Assembly: GCA_965224465.1 (NCBI GenBank)
Contig: OZ245049.1
Coordinates: 2,640,001 to 2,672,000, forward strand
Length of the DNA: 32,000 nt
Direction of reading: 5' to 3'
DNA from: Flavobacteriaceae bacterium
GTDB lineage: Bacteria > Bacteroidota > Bacteroidia > Flavobacteriales > Flavobacteriaceae
This document shows, one piece after another, positions 8,125-15,942 of the stretch (position 1 is its first letter; every line of letters starts with the position of its first letter). The notes beneath the pieces were generated by a model that was not told the origin of the DNA, did no database searches, and saw only the letters and a list, made by a program, of their open reading frames with translations. Made by a program: the position numbers and the translations under genes.

Positions 8125-8886
8125 AAAAAACTACCTTTAAATCAACAGGTATTTTTTGGATATGTAAAAACACAAAAGACTAGTAAAAAAGGAAATACTA
8201 CTAACGTAAGTCGTGTAATTAAAGCATTTAATGATGCAGGAAAAAAACATAATTTGTCTGCTTCACTTTTATACACTTATGCATGTGGAGAAGGAATGAT
8301 TAGCGATTACAAATATTTTCATAATAATAATTTAGACAAACCAGTATTGTCTTTTGAGACTTATGGTTTAGATTTTTTTGAAAAAGAAGTTGCAAATTTA
8401 ATAGCTGAAGGATATTTACAGAGTTCTTTTATATCAGGGGGACTGAAGAATACTAGAAGAGGAACTAGCCAAAACCCTCCAAAACCTTTTCCAAGAGGTT
8501 CTAATTATGCTTTAGTTAGAGTTTCAGGAAGTCCGATGACTAGAAGTGAAGCAGGTGGAAAAATGGATGTTTATCCAGTTTGGTTTAGGGTTTTAGAAGA
8601 TGGAGTTGAGGGAGCTACTGCTGTTTATGCCAGAGCTTATCAGTTAGCAATAAATGACGCCAATACTTCTGGCTGGAAGAAACTAAATAGTAATCAAAAA
8701 GCTTTCTTTGGTTATCATAAAATTCAAAATCATGAAACTTTTACTGACTTCTATAAATATAATAATCAAATTTTCCTCAAAGGTAAATACAGTAGAGATC
8801 CAAAGACTAAATACATAAAACATAAAGCTTTCCAACGGTTTGCAGCTTGGAGGTATATCTTATTAGGTAAATATTTTAACGATTAA
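8125..8886 (+). CDS. Orphan toxin module B: complete toxin domain (homolog of the effector A toxin) fused in frame to an 18-codon stub of the effector A tail, with no delivery domain
   Basis: The frame is open from 8125 and the first start codon is TTG at 8254. 8143-8196 encodes QQVFFGYVKTQKTSKKGN, which is the repeat-unit head. From 8197 it reads TTNVSRVIKAFNDAGKKHNLSASLLYTYACGEG..., which aligns with effector A IIAEFEKAGKKYNIPPSILWTYAAGEG and continues to a homologous C-terminus (WRYILLGKYF vs WRYVLLGKHF). Confidence 0.65.
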   Translation, partial: KKLPLNQQVFFGYVKTQKTSKKGNTTNVSRVIKAFNDAGKKHNLSASLLYTYACGEGMISDYKYFHNNNLDKPVLSFETYGLDFFEKEVANLIAEGYLQSSFISGGLKNTRRGTSQNPPKPFPRGSNYALVRVSGSPMTRSEAGGKMDVYPVWFRVLEDGVEGATAVYARAYQLAINDANTSGWKKLNSNQKAFFGYHKIQNHETFTDFYKYNNQIFLKGKYSRDPKTKYIKHKAFQRFAAWRYILLGKYFND

Positions 8887-8889
8887 AAA

Positions 8890-9498
8890 ATGACAAAAAG
8901 AATAACGTTACTATTGGTGCTTGCTTTCTTCATTACCAAGGCATATTCACAGCAAAGATCACATACTCTTTTTGACAAAGATTCTCTTGTTAGTGTAACT
9001 AATTATATTAATAAATTTCAGATCATCGATAGTTTAGTAATTAAAACAAGTAAGAAAAAAATAATTATTTCTGAAAGAAGTGTAATTCGTTTTTATGGAA
9101 ATAACAATGCAAATGAAGAATTAGGAATTTGTCCATTTGCTACAGAAATCTTCTATTTTGATAAACGAATAATACTTATGTCTGCTATTTTTAGAAATAG
9201 TTTTTCTACATCTTTTTATATTTTTTCTATAAATGTAAAAACAGGAAAAATTATTAAAATTATTAAAACAAAATCCTATAAAAAAGGCTTAAATAAATTA
9301 ACTATAATAATAAAGAATAAAATAATTATTCCTAAAAAAGTAAATTTCATTAGCAGTGATACTATAAAAGTAATAAATAAAAACAGGAAAATAATAAATC
9401 TAATAACCACTTCTTCTAAATGTATTAAATCATTAATACTAGGAGATTTAAAAAGTGAATTAGAGAAGGAAAGTTATTTTGAAGTACCTATAAAGTAA
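8890..9498 (+). CDS. Exported protein, candidate immunity B
   Basis: Starts 3 nt after the stop of module B. Signal peptide MTKRITLLLVLAFFITKAYSQ. Distantly similar in layout to immunity A1/A2 (DSLVSVTNYI..IDSLVIKT vs DKTVSATTFI..LDSVIVTN). Confidence 0.55.
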   Translation: MTKRITLLLVLAFFITKAYSQQRSHTLFDKDSLVSVTNYINKFQIIDSLVIKTSKKKIIISERSVIRFYGNNNANEELGICPFATEIFYFDKRIILMSAIFRNSFSTSFYIFSINVKTGKIIKIIKTKSYKKGLNKLTIIIKNKIIIPKKVNFISSDTIKVINKNRKIINLITTSSKCIKSLILGDLKSELEKESYFEVPIK

Positions 9499-9516
9499 GA
9501 AAGTTGTTTTTGAGCA

Positions 9517-10002
9517 TTGGATTTAAAAAAAAGACCTATAACAACATATTGTCAAGGCGTTAGTATTTGGATACCCATAACAACTCTTCTTCTGAGTGCA
9601 TGTTCAAATGAAATCAAGTTTGAGTCTTCAGAAGTGGTTAAAAACCCTCATTGGAGTGACAGATACTATGCTTTTTATTTAGTAAGTAATTATGATGAAA
9701 GTAAGTATCCTAAAGTGAGTCAATTGGCATCGGATGAGTTTATTCGTATAACACAAACAAATGATTCACTTGAATATATTCAATTTGATTTTTATAAAAA
9801 AAATTGGAATACATCTATATTTCTAACCTCTTGGGATCCTTATGGTAGTAATAGCCTTATGCTTCCTGAAAATGACAAAAAATATGGAAAATACCATATT
9901 GATGGAACTTACTACAAACGGATAGGAAAGTCCAATAAATGGCATCATAATTCTTGGAAGATGGAAGTAGCTGATACAATTGTAGTGAAATCAAATAAGT
10001 AG
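9517..10002 (+). CDS. Orphan copy of the lipoprotein immunity gene found at 11968-12423, with a replaced 5' end
   Basis: From nt 9578 it is near-identical to 11999 onward. The lipobox LLLSAC is retained. The N-terminal 20 codons (TTG start, MDLKKRPITTYCQGVSIWIPI) are unrelated to the intact copy. Confidence 0.6.
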   Translation: MDLKKRPITTYCQGVSIWIPITTLLLSACSNEIKFESSEVVKNPHWSDRYYAFYLVSNYDESKYPKVSQLASDEFIRITQTNDSLEYIQFDFYKKNWNTSIFLTSWDPYGSNSLMLPENDKKYGKYHIDGTYYKRIGKSNKWHHNSWKMEVADTIVVKSNK

Positions 10003-10013
10003 AAGGCTTAATT
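9578..10013 (+). repeat. 436-bp near-identical duplication, copy 1 (partner 11999-12434)
   Basis: Line-by-line comparison found only 5 substitutions. Homology extends 11 nt past the stop codon. Confidence 0.9.
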
Positions 10014-10024
10014 TATATTCATAC

Positions 10025-10424
10025 CCCTAAAACAACCGTTTTAAACGGTTAAAACGATTATTGAATAACAACCCTTTTTAAGCGTAAAAACACGTAGCAT
10101 TCCTCTTTTTAGAAGTAATAACACTGTTAAAATAATTGATACAGCTAAAAAAAACACACCGTTCCCCCAGTAATTTGCATCAATTAAAACCCTACAAGTA
10201 CCGCCAATACTACAAAGTACGCACACAACCCTTTGCAGTAACATTTATTAATAAACACCCCTGGTTATATGCTGCTAATTAAAATTATTAACGACCTTTG
10301 ATCTATTATTTTAATACCTTCTGTAGTGCTTGTAGGTATTACGGAAATAACGTCAACTTTAGGGTTGCTATTGTGGATATAGACGTGTTACAAAACATTA
10401 AAACCGCACCGTAAAAAAGAAACA
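10025..10424 (+). promoter_or_regulatory. Conserved effector leader, copy 1 (partner 15591-15942)
   Basis: Aligns with 15591-15942 along its whole length, apart from a 22-nt and an 18-nt insertion and scattered substitutions. It ends at the effector start codon. It contains the direct repeats CTACAAGTAC (10192-10201) and CTACAAAGTAC (10210-10220). Confidence 0.7.
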
Positions 10425-11966
10425 ATGAGTAAGGAACCAATAGTAATGAGGGAAAAAGAAAATCCTCCAAGAAAAAAAGAAGAGTTTAGTACATTATCAA
10501 TAACTATTACGGTTGATGACCCTGATGTAATAATAGCACCAGCGGCTCAAAAACCTGCCACATTAAAGTTTGCAAAACCATTAGTCAAAAAGATGGAAGG
10601 ACCATTTAATGAACAAGGAAAACTTATTGAAGAAATGATAGAGGGGCAAGAATATGTTTTTAAAGCTACAGAGTTTCAAAAATCTACTATGTCACCTATA
10701 AAACATATTTGGTGGGCGGAAAAAATTGACGAAGGGGAGATAACAGATCTCGAATATAACAAAGGTGTAAACCCTTATTTAGATGACAAGAAAGTTGTGT
10801 GCTTTAAATATAAGGCAAAGAAAGCTGAAAAAATTAGGATTTATGCTTATGTGGCAAGTCCTGCAGAAAAAGTCAGTGTTGAAGTTCCAATTGTATCATT
10901 TCCATTGTGTATTGATAGGGTTAATTTACCAGGCTTAGATAGAAACCTAAAAGATATAGCTGAAGATATGACTTTTGGATATGGTAAAGTTGTTTCTCGT
11001 CCAATATATAGTTCTTCAGTAATAAATAAATATAAATCAGAGTACATTAAGAATGGTTTTGATTATGAGGGAAAGCACGGTCTATTTGCTAATATTAAAA
11101 ATGAGCAGTATCCAATAAAAGCTATTTACTCAGAGAAGCAAATGGCAGATACTGAGGTTGCTCTATTTGGGAAAGAATGGATGGAGTGGTACGACTCCGG
11201 AGACGATATAATGAAGTATAAGTCTAAAGAAGAATATTCAGACGAGAAACTTTTTGATATATTCAGGGATAAAGCAAAATATTGGTTTGCAAAAGGTGAA
11301 CTAATTGGGAATATTGAGAGAATGATTGATCAATTTCAGGCAAATAAAGGTGGGATTTATGAGGATGAAGATTTGTCAAAAGCTTTAATAGATAGCTCCA
11401 ATATGGATCTTTATTGTAATAATGTACAAGATTATATTGCTCAACGTTTAAAAGAAAGAAAGGGTTTGGTACTAAAAGAAATTAATGGAGTTAAACCTTT
11501 ATTGGATGAAACCATCTACTTAGTTTTAGATAAGGATTCTCATAAGGCTCGTTTGAAGATTGGCAAAACAACATCCGTTCCAAGGGAAGATGGTAAAGGT
11601 AATTGTTTCTTCTTTCGCCCCACATTTGGTTCAAAGGAAGATAGAACAAAGGGAACTCAAATCGCAACAAATGATATTTGGTCAACAGAAGTAAAAATAA
11701 CAAATATAAAATTGGATGGCGATGACTATACAATTGATTACCATGTAAATTTATGGGATCATTTTGGCTTAGATATTGGAGATATGAAAGCTATGCCAAA
11801 TACCGCACCGTTTGCCAATAAAACATTTGCCGTTTGGTTTGTTTTACAACATTTAAGAGGATATAAGCCATTTGTAACTAAAATTACATTTGACAAATCC
11901 TTTTCTGGTAATTTAACAAAAGGCATGAAAGATAGAGTTACTGAAAGACAGAGTAAAAAAATATAA
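10425..11966 (+). CDS. Effector C, 513 aa, with a DUF3289-like C-terminal domain
   Basis: No signal peptide. The C-terminal region NDIWSTEVKITNIKLDGDDYTIDYHVNLWDHFGLDIGDM...FAVWFVLQHLRGYKPFVTKI matches my recollection of the DUF3289 signature (hDtWa, DHFGLDxxD, WFxLQ, YKPFxT). So does the upstream GNIERMIDQFQANKGGIY. Confidence 0.55.
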   Translation: MSKEPIVMREKENPPRKKEEFSTLSITITVDDPDVIIAPAAQKPATLKFAKPLVKKMEGPFNEQGKLIEEMIEGQEYVFKATEFQKSTMSPIKHIWWAEKIDEGEITDLEYNKGVNPYLDDKKVVCFKYKAKKAEKIRIYAYVASPAEKVSVEVPIVSFPLCIDRVNLPGLDRNLKDIAEDMTFGYGKVVSRPIYSSSVINKYKSEYIKNGFDYEGKHGLFANIKNEQYPIKAIYSEKQMADTEVALFGKEWMEWYDSGDDIMKYKSKEEYSDEKLFDIFRDKAKYWFAKGELIGNIERMIDQFQANKGGIYEDEDLSKALIDSSNMDLYCNNVQDYIAQRLKERKGLVLKEINGVKPLLDETIYLVLDKDSHKARLKIGKTTSVPREDGKGNCFFFRPTFGSKEDRTKGTQIATNDIWSTEVKITNIKLDGDDYTIDYHVNLWDHFGLDIGDMKAMPNTAPFANKTFAVWFVLQHLRGYKPFVTKITFDKSFSGNLTKGMKDRVTERQSKKI

Positions 11967-11967
11967 T

Positions 11968-12423
11968 ATGTGTAAAACAATAAATAATTTAATCTTAGTA
12001 ACAACTCTTCTTCTGAGTGCATGCTCAACTGAAATCAAGTTTGAGTCTTCAGAAGTGGTTAAAAACCCTCATTGGAGTGACAGATACTATGCTTTTTATT
12101 TAGTAAGTAATTATGATGAAAGTAAGTATCCTAAAGTGAGTCAATTGGCATCGGATGAGTTTATTCGTATAACACAAACAAATGATTCACTTGAATATAT
12201 TCAATTTGATTTTTATAAAAAAAATTGGAATACATCTATATTTCTAACCTCTTGGGATCCTTATGGTAGTAATAGCCTTATGCTTCCTGAAAATGACAAA
12301 AAATATGGAAAATACCATATTGATGGAACTTACTACAAACGGATAGGAAAGTCCAATAAATGGCTTCATGATTCTTGGGAGATGGAAGTAGCTGATACAA
12401 TTGTAGTGAAATCAAATAAGTAG
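11968..12423 (+). CDS. Lipoprotein, candidate cognate immunity C
   Basis: Its ATG lies 1 nt after the effector C stop. MCKTINNLILVTTLLLSACS is a lipoprotein signal peptide. Confidence 0.65.
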   Translation: MCKTINNLILVTTLLLSACSTEIKFESSEVVKNPHWSDRYYAFYLVSNYDESKYPKVSQLASDEFIRITQTNDSLEYIQFDFYKKNWNTSIFLTSWDPYGSNSLMLPENDKKYGKYHIDGTYYKRIGKSNKWLHDSWEMEVADTIVVKSNK

Positions 12424-12434
12424 AAGGCTTAATT
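11999..12434 (+). repeat. 436-bp near-identical duplication, copy 2 (partner 9578-10013)
   Basis: See copy 1. The offset is 2421 nt throughout. Confidence 0.9.
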
Positions 12435-12922
12435 GTTTTGATTAAGGTGTAATAAATAATGTTTTGTAACACATGCTCTTACATCATAGCTTTGCCGCAG
12501 GCGCAACACAAAGCTACGCTGCATAGCACCATCATTAGCAAAAACACTAAACTGAAATATCACCTTAAATACAAATTACAATAAAAAAATTACAGAAAAT
12601 AATCCTATTAACCTTAATCTTATTAGGATTATTAACTTTCACCTGTAGTGAGAATTTGAATGAATCATTAAATGAAAGCCCTTAAAATTCATTTATATTA
12701 AAAGAAGGAGTATTAAAATTTAAAAACGAAGAAGAACTAGAGCAATTAGTTAAAGAAACAGGAGCAGAAAAATTTTATAACAAAAAATATAAAAGTCCCA
12801 TTTCCTAAATTAAGTACGTCTAATTATGATACTGGATCAATAGACATTTATGGAGGAGCTTTTTATGGTGGTAAATGGTATGGGAAACGATTAATTTCTG
12901 CTGACTTTGAATAGGTAATAAT

Positions 12923-13480
12923 ATGAAAAATAAAATAACAATTATTTTATTTTGTGCTTTTGTATCACATACGAAAGCACAAAATTCAAATATAGAAAAA
13001 TCAATCATTGGTATACAAGCAGGATTTTTAGGTGCTTGGGTTTATAATGAATTCAAACTCATTGATAAATTTGCATTACGAACAGAACTTGGACTAAGCT
13101 CAGGGTTTGGGGATAATGGAAAAATAGAGTTAGTTATTTCTCCAACATTAGCTATAGAACCTAGAATATACTATAACATCAATAAAAGAGCCAAAAAAGA
13201 AAAGATGATTATAAACAATAATGCAAATTTCTTTGCACTTACTACTAGATATAATCCGGATTGGTTTGTAATTTCTAGTAATAAAAACAATAATGTTCCT
13301 AGTCAAATATTAATAGTTCCAAAATGGGGTATGAGAAGGAGTATAAATAAACATTTTAATTATGAATTAGGTGTTGGTTTAGGTATTCGTTCTTATTTTG
13401 GGATGAGAATAGGATTTAATAACAAAGCGAATGAAGCTGCTGCTGAACTTCACATAAGAATTGGATATGATTTCAAATAA
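12923..13480 (+). CDS. Small outer-membrane beta-barrel-like protein
   Basis: Signal peptide MKNKITIILFCAFVSHTKAQ. Alternating hydrophobic beta-strand pattern, with a C-terminal ...HIRIGYDFK aromatic end. Confidence 0.5.
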   Translation: MKNKITIILFCAFVSHTKAQNSNIEKSIIGIQAGFLGAWVYNEFKLIDKFALRTELGLSSGFGDNGKIELVISPTLAIEPRIYYNINKRAKKEKMIINNNANFFALTTRYNPDWFVISSNKNNNVPSQILIVPKWGMRRSINKHFNYELGVGLGIRSYFGMRIGFNNKANEAAAELHIRIGYDFK

Positions 13481-13766
13481 AATAAATTTTAAGACATCTT
13501 TTATTCTCTTTTTAATAATAGTTCTACTAAGCTCATGTGTTTCTTTTTTTGGGTTTGAAAAAAGAAATTATAACTATGAGTACAAAAGTTTTGCTAGAAA
13601 CATAAATTTAAGTGAAGGAAAATGGCTTTTAACGCCAATTTCTTCCACTTCTTTCGGAAGTAATGAAGATGAATCTTATAACCTGTTAAAAGAGTTTTTA
13701 ACTTCTAAATTGGGAGACAGATTAAAAATATCTAACAAATTAAAAGATAAGAATAACAAATCTTAA
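13461..13766 (+). pseudogene. 5' part of a lipoprotein gene interrupted by IS30
   Basis: Lipobox LLSSC. The reading frame ends in a stop created exactly at the IS boundary (TAA 13764-13766, IS inverted repeat from 13767). Confidence 0.65.
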
Positions 13767-14881
13767 ATTCAACTAATAAACGCAACTTTTCGATTTGATT
13801 CTATGATGGTTATATTTTCAAAACAGAAAAGTAGGAAAACCTACCTTTCTTGTCTTGATGGATATGTATCTTACGGTCTCAAATCTCGAAAAAAGAAGTT
13901 GTATGAAACACATCACCCAAGCGCAAAGATACACAATTTGTTGCATGTTAAAACAAGGTTATAAACAGGTTGAGATAGCAGCTGCTATAGGAAAAGACAA
14001 GTCTGTTATTAGCAAAGAGATTAAGCGTAATTCAGACAAAAGAAATGGAGTTTACAAGCATGAATTAGCCCAAAAAAAGTATGCTAAACGTCATAAAGAA
14101 AAGCCTAAAAGAAAACGCTTTACAGAAGATATTCAACAAGCAATAGAGTTGTTATTGCGAGACGATTATAGTCCTGAGCAAGTAGTTGGTGTCCTAAAAA
14201 AACAAGGTAAAGAAACGGTGTCTATTGAGCGTATATATCAGCATATTAGGGAAGACAAGAGGAATGATGGTGATTTACATACACACCTTCGCAGACAGGG
14301 AAGGAGATATAGAAAACGTGGCTCATCAAAGGATTCTAGAGGGGTTATAAAGAATCGTATTAGTATAGAACAACGCCCTGAAGTTGTTGAACAAAGAAAT
14401 CGATTTGGAGATTTAGAGGTCGATTTAATCATAGGTAAAAACCATAATCAAGCCATACTTACCGTAAATGATAGAGCTTCTGGAATGCTTAAAATGAAAA
14501 AAGTAAGCTCTAAAGAAGCAGTTGTTGTCACTAAAGCTATCAATGAAATATTAGAAGACTGGAAGCCTTATCTACATACTATAACAGCTGATAATGGAAA
14601 AGAATTTGCAGGCCATGAGCAGGTTGCAGAAAATTTATGTATTGATTACTTTTTTGCGCATCCATATCACTCTTGGGAAAGAGGATCTAACGAAAATTTA
14701 AATGGTTTGATTAGACAATATTTTGCCAAAGGAAGTGACTTTACAAACCTAACAGATCAAAGAATCAAAGAGGTAGAAACAAAATTAAATAACAGACCTA
14801 GGAAGAGACATAAATATCAAAACCCTATATTTGTAATGGAACAATTATTATTTAACTAAAAGTTGCGTTTGTGACTTGAAT
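13767..14881 (+). mobile_element. IS30-family insertion sequence, apparently intact
   Basis: Terminal inverted repeats: ATTCAActaAtAAACGCAACTTTT at 13767-13790, and the reverse complement of 14858-14881, which reads ATTCAAgtcAcAAACGCAACTTTT. It encloses one complete transposase ORF. Confidence 0.85.
13903..14859 (+). CDS. IS30-family transposase
   Basis: MKHITQAQRYTICCMLKQGYKQVEIAAAIGKDKSVISKEIKRN is the IS30 helix-turn-helix N-terminus. The DDE integrase core is present (DLIIG..., TADNGKEF, SWERGSNEN). The ATG at 13903 is preferred over the 13855 start in the ORF track. Confidence 0.85.
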   Translation: MKHITQAQRYTICCMLKQGYKQVEIAAAIGKDKSVISKEIKRNSDKRNGVYKHELAQKKYAKRHKEKPKRKRFTEDIQQAIELLLRDDYSPEQVVGVLKKQGKETVSIERIYQHIREDKRNDGDLHTHLRRQGRRYRKRGSSKDSRGVIKNRISIEQRPEVVEQRNRFGDLEVDLIIGKNHNQAILTVNDRASGMLKMKKVSSKEAVVVTKAINEILEDWKPYLHTITADNGKEFAGHEQVAENLCIDYFFAHPYHSWERGSNENLNGLIRQYFAKGSDFTNLTDQRIKEVETKLNNRPRKRHKYQNPIFVMEQLLFN

Positions 14882-14882
14882 T

Positions 14883-15251
14883 CAGCAATACTTAATTCCA
14901 TTTAATATCGATTTAGACAATATAAAAGAAAATATTAGCTTTTTGAGAGCATCATCAAAATGTGATTACCTCATTAGTTCAAAAATATATTATCTTGATG
15001 ATACGCGCGATATTGGAGTGGGACAATATCATAAAAATAAAAACTTAAAAAGTAATGGATATAAGTCAGCCTGTAAAATTTCCATTATTGCTTATGATTT
15101 AAAAACAGAAGAGGAAATATTTAATTTAGATTGTTTAGGTTATATATGGATTGATGATGAACTTGACGAAGGCCTTAAAATATATCAAACATCTAAATCA
15201 GCTAGTGCCGATGTTATGGCTAAAATTATAAAAAAATTAAAAGAAAGATAA
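14883..15251 (+). pseudogene. 3' part of the IS30-interrupted lipoprotein gene
   Basis: The frame is open from 14883 (QQYLIPFNIDLDNIKENISFLRASS...), which is 60 nt upstream of the TTG used by the ORF track. It is in the same coordinate frame as 13461-13763, and the intervening 1119 nt is a multiple of 3. Confidence 0.6.
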
Positions 15252-15264
15252 ACACATACTATTG

Positions 15265-15450
15265 CAAATAACTAAGTGTTCCTACGCGTAGTACCTAGCA
15301 TGCACATAGGGCTGACTATACCAGCTAAAAAGATGATACTATGGGGATTGCATGATTTAATTAAGAGGCTATCGACAAAGATCTTTATAGATACTACCTG
15401 TTTTTAGGTCATTTGCTCTATCGCTCTTTTGTGGGTATAGATTTTTACTA
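15265..15450 (+). repeat. Inter-cassette repeat, copy 2 (full length)
   Basis: Aligns with 4858-5047. Begins 13 nt after the stop at 15251. Contains the perfect palindrome CTACGCGTAG. Confidence 0.8.
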
Positions 15451-15590
15451 TATTTCGATACTGATTATTGTTGGTTAGTAGCGTTTATGCATCCGTTTCC
15501 CATTACGTGGCTACGTTTGTTTTTTTATTCGGTATTAGTACCTGACGACAATCTTTTTAAAAAAAAAGAAGACTTAATTGTTATTCTTAG

Positions 15591-15942
15591 CCCTAAAACG
15601 ATTATTGAATAACAACCCTTTTTAAGCGTAAAAACACGTAGCAATAACACTGTTAAAATAATTTATACAGCTAAAAAAAACACAGTTCTCCCAGTAATAT
15701 GCATCAATTAAAACCCTACAAGTACCGCCAATACTACAAAGTACGCACACAACCCTTTGCAGTAACATTTATTAATAAATACTCCCAGTTATATGCTGCT
15801 AATTAAAATTATTAACGACCTTTGAACTATTAATTTAATAGCTTCTGTAGTGCCTGTAGGTATTACGAAAATAACGTCAACTTTAGGGTTGCTATTGTGG
15901 ATATAGATGTGTTACAAAACATTACCAAAAAATCAAAAAAGA
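15591..15942 (+). promoter_or_regulatory. Conserved effector leader, copy 2
   Basis: Aligns with 10025-10424. Ends at the ATG at 15943. Confidence 0.7.

Larger units (their letters stand above)
6073..8196 (+). repeat. Tandem repeat of a unit of about 1.03 kb (toxin 3' tail + immunity gene + 150-nt spacer), 2 full copies plus a 70-nt third start
   Basis: The string CAGGTATTTTTTGGATATGTAAAAA recurs with its CAG at 6092, 7117 and 8146 (offsets 1025 and 1029). Immunity gene starts are at 6312 and 7341. The spacers 6945-7097 and 7974-8126 are almost identical. Confidence 0.85.

Noticed and set aside
10041-10244. Minus-strand 67-aa hydrophobic ORF inside the effector leader
   Set aside because: The second leader copy (15591-15942) has a 2-nt length difference and an 18-nt deletion in the corresponding region. 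The frame is therefore not preserved, and conservation is at the DNA level only.
15907-15942. ORF-track start (ATG 15907) for effector D
   Set aside because: This ATG lies in the conserved leader, and the paralogous leader has ACG at the same position. The ATG at 15943 gives an N-terminus (MKRTGFTITFEDG) resembling that of the 3519 effector.
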